From Acidobacteriota bacterium (GTDB lineage Bacteria > Acidobacteriota > Thermoanaerobaculia > Gp7-AA8): a stretch of 64,000 bases of DNA. The DNA lies in the NCBI GenBank assembly GCA_019244185.1, contig JAFATB010000026.1, forward strand, positions 32,001-96,000, given 5' to 3'. A program made the translations under genes and the position numbers. Below, in pieces: positions 46,794 to 56,136 of this stretch. Position 1 is the first letter of the stretch, and each line of letters opens with the position of its first letter. Under the pieces are notes generated by a model. It saw nothing but the letters and a program-made list of their open reading frames with translations, was not told the origin of the DNA and did not search any database.

Positions 46794-47978
46794 ATGGGAT
46801 CGAATCCGGCGGTTGACCTGTACGACACCGAGCTCACGTTCCGCGGTGTCCCGACCTGGAAGCTGCACCTCATCCGCCTGATGTTCCGCTCGATCCTGCC
46901 GCGCCTCGTCGCGCACGGCGAGACGCTCGGGCTCCTCACGCTGCGCATTCCGATCCTCGGCAAGCTGCTCGTGCGCTACATCGGGCCGTTTCCGTACTTT
47001 TGCGGCGGCACCAGCATCGAAGACTGCGAAGGCACGGTGAAGCGCCTGCACCAGCGCGGCATCCGCTCGATCCTCGACTACTCCGCGGAAGGATTGAAAA
47101 ACGAGGCCGGCTTCGACGTCACGCGCGACGAGGTGCTGCACGCGCTGCGTCACGCGTCGTCGTCGAGCGATGAGCCCTTCGGCGTCTTCAAGATCACCGG
47201 CGTCGGCGACAAGGATCTGCTCGAGAAAGTGTCGTCGGGTGCAGCGTTGACTGCGAACGAACGCGCGGCATTCGACCGCACCGTTGCGCGCGTGCGGCAG
47301 ATCTGCGCGACCGCCGCGGAAGATCGCCTGCGCGTGCTCATCGATGCCGAGGAGTCGTGGATTCAGAAGGCGATCGACGACATCGCCGAGGAAATGATGG
47401 CGGAGTTCAACCGCGAGCAGGCCATCATCTACACGACCGTGCAGATGTACCGCGTCGACCGGCTCGACTACCTGCAGCGCCTGTACGAGCGCGGCGTGAG
47501 CGGCGGCTTCATCCCGGGCGTGAAGCTCGTGCGCGGCGCCTACATGGAAGCCGAACGCGCGCGCGCCGCGGCGACCGGCCAGCCCGATCCGATCCACGCG
47601 ACGAAGGAAGCAACCGACGCGGCATTCGACGCCGCGGTGGCGTTCTGCATCGAGCACATCGATCGCATCGCGCTCGTCGCCGGCACGCACAACGAGGCGT
47701 CCGTCGCGAAGCTGCTCGACCAGATGTCGCGCCGCGGCCTCACGCCCGGCGATCCGCGCGTCGAATGCTCCCAGCTCCTCGGCATGAGCGACAACCTCAG
47801 TCGCGCGCTCGCCGAGCACGGCTACAACACGTCGAAGTACGTTCCCTACGGCCCGCTCGAAACCGCAATCCCGTATCTCGTCCGCCGCGCGCAGGAGAAC
47901 TCGTCCGTCGCGGGACAAACCGATCGCGAGCTACGCCTCGTGACGACGGAGCTCGCGCGCCGTCGCGGCGCGAAGTAG
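46794..47978 (+). CDS. Monofunctional proline dehydrogenase
   Basis: FCGG, ILDYS.EG, IDAEESWIQ, T.QMYR.DRL, GVKLVRGAYM, GTHNE.S, SQLLGMSD, KYVPYGP...PYLVRRAQENSSV. Confidence 0.92.
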   Translation: MGSNPAVDLYDTELTFRGVPTWKLHLIRLMFRSILPRLVAHGETLGLLTLRIPILGKLLVRYIGPFPYFCGGTSIEDCEGTVKRLHQRGIRSILDYSAEGLKNEAGFDVTRDEVLHALRHASSSSDEPFGVFKITGVGDKDLLEKVSSGAALTANERAAFDRTVARVRQICATAAEDRLRVLIDAEESWIQKAIDDIAEEMMAEFNREQAIIYTTVQMYRVDRLDYLQRLYERGVSGGFIPGVKLVRGAYMEAERARAAATGQPDPIHATKEATDAAFDAAVAFCIEHIDRIALVAGTHNEASVAKLLDQMSRRGLTPGDPRVECSQLLGMSDNLSRALAEHGYNTSKYVPYGPLETAIPYLVRRAQENSSVAGQTDRELRLVTTELARRRGAK

Positions 47979-48043
47979 GGAACGGGTTGTCGCGTTACAA
48001 TTGCGCGCGGTCCGAAATCCATTAACGATCCCCAAAGCCCTCG

Positions 48044-50293
48044 ATGCCAAAACTCTCCAGATCCACGATGCTCGCGGTCTGTCTCGCCGCGGCACTCGTG
48101 ACCGTCTCCGCGTCCGCCGCCGAGACCCTGCGCCGCGTCCCGCTCTATCGCACCGGAATCCAGTCCGATTACGTCGGGGGTGCGCACATCGTCGTGGGCA
48201 ACGTCTACGGCAGCGCCTCGAGTGCGCCGGAGATCGTCACCTGCAGCAACGGCGCGGCGTTCGCGCTCAGCGCCGTCACGTCCTCGTCCTACCGGACCGT
48301 CTGGTTCACGCAGCGCACGAACTGCGTGGCCGTTGCGGTGGGCGACGTCGACGCGGACGGCGCGAATGAAGTCCTCGTGGGCACCGACGAAGGCTCCGGA
48401 AAGCCCGGACTGATCCAGATCTACACGCCCCTCGGCTTCGGCGGTCCGCGCGCCACGATCACCCTTCCGGGCACTGAAGCCGTCCAGGATGTCGCGATCG
48501 GAAACGCGGACGCCGATCCCGGCCTGGAAATCGTCGTTGCCACGCTCAGTAACACGTACGTCTACGACGCGGCGACGCGGGCACTCGAGTGGACGGCGGC
48601 GGGCCGCGGCGGAACCTTCGTCGCCGTCGCGGACCTCGAGAATGACGGCGTTCCGGAAATCATTCTGAGCGGCGACAGCGACGGCCAGGTGCTCAACGGC
48701 GTCACGCACGCGTTCAAGTGGGGCTTTGCCGGCGGGTTCGGCGTTCACGTCGCCGTCGGCGACGTCGATGGCGATGGCAAGCCGGAGATCGTCGGCAGCG
48801 ACGCGTGGAGCGGAACCGTGCGCGTCGTGCAGGGCGACACGCACACGGTGTCGTCCTTCACCGCTGCGGAGCGAACGGTGCAGAGCCTCGGCATCGGCGA
48901 CGGGAACCACGACGGGCAGAACGAGATCCTCACCGGCGACGATCAGTGGGGATTCGTCTACGGCTTTTCATGGACCGGCACGGAACTGTGGCGCGTCTCC
49001 AATCCTGAACATGGCGTGAGCGGCATCGCCGCCGGCGACGTCGACGGCGATGGCGCGGGAGAAGTGATCTGGGGCGCGGGATTCAGCTCGTCCGGCAAAG
49101 ACGCGGCATTCATCGCCGGCACCGCCTCGAAGACCATCGAATGGTCCACGTCCGATCTGGACGGTCCGTTCCATGCGTCGATCGCCGACCTCGATGGCGA
49201 CGGCCGCAAAGAGCTCGTAGCGGTGACCGCCACGACGGACAGCGGATACAGCAGCGGTCAGGTGCAGATCCACGATCTGGGCGGCAACGTCACGGCGTGG
49301 TACAGCGGCGGAAGCTTCGAGGGGAACACCGACATCGCGACCGGTCAGGTCGACGCCGATCCGGCTCGGGAGATCGTGGTGATGGGCGGCCGCTATTCGG
49401 ATGGCCGCATTTCCGTCTATGACGGAGTCTCCCACGCGCTCGAGTGGACGAGTCCCGCGAGCAACATCACAGCCTCCAGCGGAATGATCGTGCGCAACAT
49501 CGATGCGGATCCTACCGACGAGATCGTCGTCGCGGCCACGAACAAGGTCGAGGTCCTCGATGGCGCGTCGCCGTTCGTGCAGGCCTCGACGCCTGCACTC
49601 GACGATCTCGTGCAGAACTTCGCGATCGCCGATCTCGACGGCGACAGCGTGCCCGATCTCGTCGTGGTGACGTACTCCGGTTTTTACGTCTTCCGCATGT
49701 CGGACATGTCGGAGCGCATCCACACCTCCATGACCGGCATCTCGAAGGTCGCTGCAACGGCGGGGGAGTTCGCCCTCATCGTCACGTCCGGCAGCCCGGT
49801 GATCATCAGCTATTCAGGAACCACGCTCGCCGAGCAGTGGCGCTGCAGCCCCGGCACTTACGCATTGGCGGCCGATTACGTCACGCTCGGCGGCGCAAAG
49901 TGGCTCGCCGTTGCGGACGACCAGACCCTGCGCCTCTATCCCACCGGCGGCACGTCTTGTCCAACGACGGCGGCCGCGGAATACGCCCTGCCGTACCTCG
50001 ACAACGTTCGCTTTCAGGACCTCAACGGTGACGGTGCGCCGGAGCTGATCGCCGGAACGTGGAACGGTGCATCGATCGATCTCCTCGCGCTTGGCAGCGC
50101 TCCTCGCGGCGACGCCGACAACGACGGTCTCGTGACGGATGCAGACATGGACGCCATCGCGCGCTATTACTTCGGCGACGGCGCCATCCCCGCGGCCGGC
50201 GCCGACGTCAACGGCGATTCATCGCTGCGCGTCGACGACCTGCTCTATCTCATCAACGACCGTCGCGGAACCGGAGCGGCGCCTCCGCAATAG
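48044..50293 (+). CDS. Secreted FG-GAP repeat protein with C-terminal dockerin-like domain
   Basis: Signal peptide; many (G/A)D(V/L)DGDG..E(I/L)V repeats; C-terminal RGDADNDGLVT..D...DVNGDS..RVDD..YL. Confidence 0.88.
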   Translation: MPKLSRSTMLAVCLAAALVTVSASAAETLRRVPLYRTGIQSDYVGGAHIVVGNVYGSASSAPEIVTCSNGAAFALSAVTSSSYRTVWFTQRTNCVAVAVGDVDADGANEVLVGTDEGSGKPGLIQIYTPLGFGGPRATITLPGTEAVQDVAIGNADADPGLEIVVATLSNTYVYDAATRALEWTAAGRGGTFVAVADLENDGVPEIILSGDSDGQVLNGVTHAFKWGFAGGFGVHVAVGDVDGDGKPEIVGSDAWSGTVRVVQGDTHTVSSFTAAERTVQSLGIGDGNHDGQNEILTGDDQWGFVYGFSWTGTELWRVSNPEHGVSGIAAGDVDGDGAGEVIWGAGFSSSGKDAAFIAGTASKTIEWSTSDLDGPFHASIADLDGDGRKELVAVTATTDSGYSSGQVQIHDLGGNVTAWYSGGSFEGNTDIATGQVDADPAREIVVMGGRYSDGRISVYDGVSHALEWTSPASNITASSGMIVRNIDADPTDEIVVAATNKVEVLDGASPFVQASTPALDDLVQNFAIADLDGDSVPDLVVVTYSGFYVFRMSDMSERIHTSMTGISKVAATAGEFALIVTSGSPVIISYSGTTLAEQWRCSPGTYALAADYVTLGGAKWLAVADDQTLRLYPTGGTSCPTTAAAEYALPYLDNVRFQDLNGDGAPELIAGTWNGASIDLLALGSAPRGDADNDGLVTDADMDAIARYYFGDGAIPAAGADVNGDSSLRVDDLLYLINDRRGTGAAPPQ

Positions 50294-50322
50294 AGGCACC
50301 GAGCCTTGCCCGCGGATGTCGT

Positions 50323-50718
50323 TCAGGCGCCCGGCCGCGGCAGCGCCTTGATCGCGCGGCGTTCATCCATCGCGCGATATCCCCCGGCCACCTGCGCAAG
50401 CGGCAGCGTCAGATCGAAGACTTTCCCCGGATCGATCCTGCCGTCCCACACCATTTCGATTAGTGCGGGAAGGAAGCGCCGCGCCGACGCGGGACCGCCG
50501 CGCAGATGCACGTGCGAGAAGAACAGCTCCACGCCGTCGAGCACCACGCCGTGCGGGACGCCGACGTAGCCGACGTGACCGCCGGGCCGCGTCGAGCGGA
50601 TCGCCTGCGTCTTCGCGGACAGCACGCCGAGGAGACCGACCGCGCCGTCGCCGCCGACGACGGTCGTCTTGCCCGGTTGCACGTTCGCGGCTTCCGCGGC
50701 GAACCAGCCCGTGCTCAC
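50323..50718 (-). pseudogene. Zinc-dependent alcohol dehydrogenase remnant
   Basis: Only the C-terminal part remains (TGWFAA..ANV.PG, GDGAVGLLGVLSAK, joined directly to QAIRSTRPGGHVGYVGVPHG...MDERRAIK). N-terminal catalytic half absent. Confidence 0.7.
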
Positions 50719-50788
50719 ATTGCACGACTCCTTGCCGCGGACCGAACTCGCCGCTGCAGTCTGGCGCGCCCGATCGCGCGATGCGCGC

Positions 50789-51346
50789 CTACGGCGTCAC
50801 GGTCCCGAAGACCGGCGTCGCCGCATTGCGTCGCGAGAAGCTGAACTCCATCAGCGTGTGGTCGTTCGGCATCGCCGTCGCGTGCAGCGAAAGCCACGAC
50901 GACGGCACGCTCGTGACGTTCATCGGCGATGACGGCGTGACCGTGAGCGCCGCCTGCTGCGCGCGCGCATACCACCCGCTCACGCTCATCCAGTCGACCG
51001 GCTGTGCCGTGACTCTCGTATCGACCGCGCCCGACGCGGCAGGGGAGAAGCGCATCGCTGGCAGGAGCGAGGCGGACGCGAAAAACCAGACGCGATCGTT
51101 CACCACCGCGCCACCGACGGAGCCGTCGTAACGGTTTCCGCCGAACGCACCGAAGTCCCGCGAGAGCGACAGCGTGCCCGACAACCGCTCGCGCGATTTC
51201 GTGACCATCTCCAGCGCGCCCCCGTCCGCCCGCCCGAACTCGCTCGACGACGGCGGCGCGATCGCGACCGTCGGCTGCGCGACGGCGCTGATCGCAATCA
51301 ACGCGAATGCGGCGGTGAGAGGTGCGATCTTGCGGATGAGCATCAT
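50789..51346 (-). CDS. Small secreted protein resembling fragments of an Oar/TonB-dependent receptor
   Basis: Signal peptide, then SSEFGRADGGALEMVTKS and SVGGAVVNDRVWFFAS. Confidence 0.55.
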   Translation of the reverse strand: MMLIRKIAPLTAAFALIAISAVAQPTVAIAPPSSSEFGRADGGALEMVTKSRERLSGTLSLSRDFGAFGGNRYDGSVGGAVVNDRVWFFASASLLPAMRFSPAASGAVDTRVTAQPVDWMSVSGWYARAQQAALTVTPSSPMNVTSVPSSWLSLHATAMPNDHTLMEFSFSRRNAATPVFGTVTP

Positions 51347-51874
51347 GGCGTCCAGCCAGCAATTCTACTCGCGATGTCCCTGATCCTTCGCCTCGACTCC
51401 GACTTCGTCTGACCGTTCTGTTACATCGCGGAGGGAAGCGTCGGGTCAGGCATGGGCGGGGGAAGCATCAAGAGACGATCCCAGGCCGGTTCGATCGGCG
51501 TGGCCGCGGCGAGAAGCGCGAGGCTTCGGTTCGGCCGGCACAAGAACTTGAACAAGGGCGTCAAGGTGGACGCCGCATCGCTGCCCGCTGTTCGACCTTC
51601 TGCTCTCGACCCGGCCGCGCAAGGCTGAGACCTACATCCACCCGAAGTCCGCGACCGGCTAACCGCACGTTGACATCCGCAGGCAGTGAAACGGTTAAGC
51701 GCCGTTGCAAAGGCGGAACTAGTTGATCCCGTCGCCGCCGGTTGTAACCAAAATCGCCCGAGCAGGCAGTCGCGCCGAATAACTATACCGTCGATTCCCA
51801 TTGACACCTCGCAAAATCACGCGGTCATTGAGTGTTCAAAACGAGTGCGTCACTTTGCGGCAATGTCTCGCAGC

Positions 51875-51964
51875 CAACAAAAAAGCCGCCAAGTGGCGGC
51901 TGGTGAGCATTTTAATTTGGCGGCCCGACGGGGCTCGGACCCGCGACCTCCGGCGTGACAGGCC
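51875..51964 (-). repeat. Direct repeat copy 1: degenerate 3' half of tRNA-Asp(GTC) plus terminator (att site)
   Basis: Minus strand CCGGCCTGTCACGCCGGAGGTCGCGGGTCCGAGCCCCGTCGGGCCGCCA (51966-51918). T-loop mutated. No D-arm or 5' acceptor strand. Confidence 0.85.
51879..51901 (-). terminator. Intrinsic terminator downstream of tRNA fragment 1
   Basis: AGCCGCC-ACTT-GGCGGCT followed by a T-tract on the minus strand. Confidence 0.8.
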
Positions 51965-52062
51965 GGAGGGCTAATGGGTGCTTCGATGAAGTCGGTAGCG
52001 TCTTCTTAGACCCATGAGGCGTTTGGGTCAGCGGCCGCGTCAGTATCGGACGCGAGAGATCT

Positions 52063-53706
52063 CTACGAACCAGCATCGGTGGTAGGTAGCGGGGGCAGGC
52101 CGAGCTCGTTCAAGAACCGGTTGTGCTCGCGGGTTGCCCTGCGTAACTCGTCCTCGATCGCGACGAGTTCCGCGTGAGCCGCCGCAAGGTCGATCTCCGT
52201 TTCCCGTTCGGCGGTGCTGACATAACGGGAGATGTTGAGGTTGTAGTCGTTCTCGATGATCTCTTGCATCTCGACGCGCCGCGCGTAACGCTCGACCTCC
52301 GCCGGGCGTTCCTGGTACGTCTCGATGATCGTTCGTATGTGGGCGTCGGTCAGGTAGTTCTGCCGCTTGCCCTTCTCGAAATGATCCGCCGCGTTGATGA
52401 ACAGCACGTCATCGGACTTCTTGCAGCGCTTGAGCACGAGGATGCAGACCGGGATGCCTGTCGAGTAGAACAGGTTGGCCGGCAGCCCGATGACGGTGTC
52501 GATGTGGCCATCGTCGAGAAGTTTCTTGCGAATGTCGGCTTCCTTGCCACCGCGGAACAGCACGCCGTGGGGCAGGATGATCGCCATCACACCGTCGTCC
52601 TTGAGGTAGTGAAAGCCGTGGAGGAGGAACGCGAAGTCTGCGGCGGACTTGGGCGCCAGGCCGTGATTCTTGAATCGGACGTCCTCGCCCATGGCCTCGG
52701 CCGGTTCCCACCGGTAGCTGAAAGGGGGATTCGCCACCACCGCATCGAACTTGGGCATCTTTGCGGGATTGGTCTCGCGGAGCATGTCCCAGTCGTTGAG
52801 CAGGGTGTCGCCGTGATAGATCTCGAACTCCGTGTCCTTGACCCCGTGCAGCAACATGTTCATGCGCGCGAGGTTATAGGTGGTGATGTTCTTCTCCTGG
52901 CCGTAGATCTTGCCGATCCCATGCGCCCCCATGCGCTTCCGCACGTTGAGCAGCAAGGAGCCGGATCCGCATGCGAAGTCAAAGATGCTTTCGAGCCGAG
53001 CTTTTCTGCCGGTCGCCGGCTCATGGCTGTCGAGGGTGATGATCTCCGAAAGGATGTCCGAGATCCGCTGCGGTGTGTAGAACTCGCCCGCCTTCTTCCC
53101 CGACCCGGCGGCGAACTGGCCGATGAGGTACTCGTACGCATCGCCGAGCGTATCCGAGTCGGTGGAGAACATGGCCAGCCCTCGCGCGATCTCGCTGACG
53201 ATGGCGCACAGCTTGGCGTTCCGGGCCTCGTAGTTCCGCCCCAGCTTGTCCGAGGTGAGGTTGATTTCCGAGAACAAGCCTTGGAAGTTCGTCGAGAAGG
53301 ACTCTTCTTCGATGTGCTTGAAACCCCTATGCAGCGTATCGAGCAGTTTGTCGCTCTGCCTTCGAGCCAGGTCGGTGATGTTCCCCCAGAGGTAGGGGGG
53401 CTCGATGACGTAATGCACCTTGCGGCGCATCTGCTTCTCGAAGGCGGCGACGTCCTGCTTGTTCTCCTCGTACCAGATCTGAAGCGGCGTCGTTGCCCCG
53501 GTCCGCGCCATGACGTCGAGAGGGACATCGGGGTAGTCCTTTCCGAGCTCTCGCTTCGCAGCGGCCTCGTAGTTGTCGGACAGGTACCGCAAGAACAGGA
53601 ACGACAGCATGTAGTCGCGGAAATCGTCCGCGTTCATCGCTCCGCGCAACTGGTCGGCAATGTTCCAGAGAGTCTTTCCGAGTTGTTTCTGGTTTTGTTC
53701 GGTCAT
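52063..53706 (-). CDS. hsdM: Type I restriction-modification methyltransferase
   Basis: LW.IAD.LRG, GDAYEYLIGQFA..SGKKAGEFYTP, DFACGSGSLL, NPPF (m6A motif IV), LPHGVLFRG. Confidence 0.97.
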   Translation of the reverse strand: MTEQNQKQLGKTLWNIADQLRGAMNADDFRDYMLSFLFLRYLSDNYEAAAKRELGKDYPDVPLDVMARTGATTPLQIWYEENKQDVAAFEKQMRRKVHYVIEPPYLWGNITDLARRQSDKLLDTLHRGFKHIEEESFSTNFQGLFSEINLTSDKLGRNYEARNAKLCAIVSEIARGLAMFSTDSDTLGDAYEYLIGQFAAGSGKKAGEFYTPQRISDILSEIITLDSHEPATGRKARLESIFDFACGSGSLLLNVRKRMGAHGIGKIYGQEKNITTYNLARMNMLLHGVKDTEFEIYHGDTLLNDWDMLRETNPAKMPKFDAVVANPPFSYRWEPAEAMGEDVRFKNHGLAPKSAADFAFLLHGFHYLKDDGVMAIILPHGVLFRGGKEADIRKKLLDDGHIDTVIGLPANLFYSTGIPVCILVLKRCKKSDDVLFINAADHFEKGKRQNYLTDAHIRTIIETYQERPAEVERYARRVEMQEIIENDYNLNISRYVSTAERETEIDLAAAHAELVAIEDELRRATREHNRFLNELGLPPLPTTDAGS

Positions 53707-53712
53707 CGAGTC

Positions 53713-54828
53713 CTACTTCGCGGCGGTCGCAGGCTCCGTCTTGACCTCAGCCGGGAACAATGCCTGGCTGAACGGATGGCGGCTGATGAACTGCCGCAAC
53801 ACGCGACCGAAATGCTCCTTGTTCTCCTGCATCATTTCCCGTGGCTCGTACAGGGAGTAGTCACCGTGGCTCATCAGATCGATCACCCGTTTGTAGACCG
53901 TGCCGTTCGCGTCGTCATCCTCGGGCCGGATGCACTGGTCCCATCGTTCGTACCCGAAGAAGCAGGCTGTCTGCTCCATGACGCGGCGCATCATGTTGAA
54001 GTGGTGCGTGTATAGCGCACCCGATTTCTGGGCTTCGTGCAACTCGACCAGGGAGGCCAGGTGATACAGGAACGGCGTGCTCTTCGTATCCCGCACGACG
54101 AAGGACCCTTTCGGGTCCTTCGCCAGAAAATACTTGCGCGCCTTCTTCGTCTCGTTGCACAGCACGTTGAAGAAGAGCACGTGGTGCGTTGATACGACCA
54201 TCCGCAACCGATCCGGTGATTTTTCGAGCATCTGCGCGAGATGGTGAGCGACCAGCACTGCGTTGTTGTCATCGAGCGACGAAACCGGGTCGTCAATGTA
54301 AATGTACCTGACCCACTTGTACGCCTCGGCGCCGTCCAGTACGAGCTGAACGATCGCCAGGAAGAAGCACCAGATGAAGATGTTTTCCTCGCCGCGTGAC
54401 ACTTTGATGTCGTCGATGGTGACGAGCCTTTCCCCGTTCTGGACGTTTCGGGAGAAGCTGACTTCCCACTCGTCCGTGTCGATGCGGAAGTCGAAATCGG
54501 CATACCGGTCGAGCAGGGGGCGGATCCGGTTATCCATCTCCAGTTCCCAGAGCCCGGCGAAGAAGCGTGAGTCCTTGTTGATCTTCAGCACCCGCTCCTG
54601 GTCGTTCTCCAGGTCGTTGTCCCAGGAGAACAGGTCTTCCGTGAAGGCATTGAAGTAGAGCGTGTCACCGAGGTCGCCGCTCTTGCCGAGGTTCTTGAAC
54701 TCGGTCGATAGCCGCGTCTTACCCGTGCCGTTGTAGGCATAGAGCAAGACGAATTTCTTTCCCTCGAGCTCCTCGCGCAGGTGCGTGGCCAAGGCCGCTA
54801 CATCGGCGAATGTGCCGGCCGTGCTCAT
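53713..54828 (-). CDS. prrC: PrrC-family anticodon nuclease (ABC-type NTPase + HEPN-like RNase)
   Basis: YAYNGTGKTRLS, YFNAFTEDLFSWDND, SRGEENIFIW, IDDPVSSLDDN, STHH, C-terminal RRVME...MSH. Located within a type I RM operon. Confidence 0.88.
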   Translation of the reverse strand: MSTAGTFADVAALATHLREELEGKKFVLLYAYNGTGKTRLSTEFKNLGKSGDLGDTLYFNAFTEDLFSWDNDLENDQERVLKINKDSRFFAGLWELEMDNRIRPLLDRYADFDFRIDTDEWEVSFSRNVQNGERLVTIDDIKVSRGEENIFIWCFFLAIVQLVLDGAEAYKWVRYIYIDDPVSSLDDNNAVLVAHHLAQMLEKSPDRLRMVVSTHHVLFFNVLCNETKKARKYFLAKDPKGSFVVRDTKSTPFLYHLASLVELHEAQKSGALYTHHFNMMRRVMEQTACFFGYERWDQCIRPEDDDANGTVYKRVIDLMSHGDYSLYEPREMMQENKEHFGRVLRQFISRHPFSQALFPAEVKTEPATAAK

Positions 54829-54831
54829 GCC

Positions 54832-56136
54832 TCAAGTCCTCTCCGGTGATGGGAAAAGTTGCTGCATGAGGCCTACCTTGTGGGTCTTGAGGGCGGTGAG
54901 AGCATCCACCTGCGCGGCAACAAGGTCATCGAGCGATGAGAGGCACCCGACGATTTTCTCTTGTTCGGAACGATCGTCGGGATAGCTAAACGGCAGGGCG
55001 CGGATGAGTCGCTGGCTGAGATTCTCTTGACCTCCGCTGTTGCTGAGCGCTCGAAGTTCCTCGTAGCGCGCCCCCAAGCTCAAAAACGTGAAGGTTGGGT
55101 CGATCGGTCCCAACGGCAGCACGGCGGCGCACGCTTGGTTCGTCGTTGCTTCTATCTCGAGAATTGCCACTTTACCGCGAGTCTTGCCTTGGCCGTACAG
55201 TGCGATCAGTACCGTCCCGGCAGGGAAGAGCTTCGCGGAGGAATTCTCTAGGCCCTGTTCCGTGATGAACTCCTCTGCCGTCCGGATGACGTTCCCGTCG
55301 ACAAGAGAGGTGGTAATCCACGGGATCCCGCCGCCCCAATATTCCTTGATCGCCCGGTCGGGTGTGCCTCCCGTTCCTGTCTCGAAGAGATCGCCCAACG
55401 GCTTCCTGGACCATTCCGGCTTGTCACGGAACTCGGGGAAGCGAAGGCTCGGTAGAGTTTCGCCTGCGCGGGGGAAGAGCTGTTGCATCAGCCCTTTCTT
55501 GTGAGCCTGCAAGATCTCCAGCTTTCGGCCGTGAGCGGCGATCACCTCGTCCAGCGACGTTAGGCAGTTGGCGATCTTCTGCTGCTCAGCTAAAGAGGAC
55601 TTGCCCCTGGGAAGCGGCACCGGCAAGGCGAGGAGATCGTAGTCACGAACGTTTAAAGACCCATGAGCGCGAGCGCCGACGGTGAGAAAAGTTTTGAGCC
55701 ACCTGCCGTGCAGGTTGCTAGCAAACAGGTAGTCGAGATATGTCGGGTCGACCTCCGACTCGTTCACTCGGAAGCAGGTAAAGATGCTGTTCGGAACGGC
55801 GCCCGGATCGTCGTCGTGTAGATACCGTGCAATGTAGCCTTGCGGGAACGCTTTCGTGGCGCTCTTGTTGTAGGCAAAATCGTTCTTCTTCAACCGCAGG
55901 TAGTTCTTGAACGAGTTACCCGCGATTGTGCGGCCGAACTTCTCCTGCTGACTGACCAGACCAACGCCCGAGGTAACCGTGTAAGGTGTGCATTTGGCTG
56001 CTCCGACGCGGTCCTTGACCAACATGGCGTAAGCGCGCAGTGGCGCTTTGGTCCATCCGGGCTCCTCACGAAACTCCGGAAACCGCAACTTCGGCAACAA
56101 GGTCTGTTTACTGTCGCCCTTCATCGCCTCGCTCAT
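54832..56136 (-). CDS. hsdS: Type I RM specificity subunit
   Basis: Two TRDs separated by repeated conserved regions LP.LRFPEF and EQ.KI..CL.SLD......K.GLMQQLFP. Confidence 0.95.
   Translation of the reverse strand: MSEAMKGDSKQTLLPKLRFPEFREEPGWTKAPLRAYAMLVKDRVGAAKCTPYTVTSGVGLVSQQEKFGRTIAGNSFKNYLRLKKNDFAYNKSATKAFPQGYIARYLHDDDPGAVPNSIFTCFRVNESEVDPTYLDYLFASNLHGRWLKTFLTVGARAHGSLNVRDYDLLALPVPLPRGKSSLAEQQKIANCLTSLDEVIAAHGRKLEILQAHKKGLMQQLFPRAGETLPSLRFPEFRDKPEWSRKPLGDLFETGTGGTPDRAIKEYWGGGIPWITTSLVDGNVIRTAEEFITEQGLENSSAKLFPAGTVLIALYGQGKTRGKVAILEIEATTNQACAAVLPLGPIDPTFTFLSLGARYEELRALSNSGGQENLSQRLIRALPFSYPDDRSEQEKIVGCLSSLDDLVAAQVDALTALKTHKVGLMQQLFPSPERT

Noticed and set aside
47990-48002. CGTTACAATT as another activator site (also ATTACAAT near 40227)
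   Set aside because: Single half-site, better explained as a TACAAT -10 promoter element.
51421-51958. ORFs 51421-51807 and 51686-51958
   Set aside because: No motifs, atypical composition; probably non-coding or decayed island-edge DNA.
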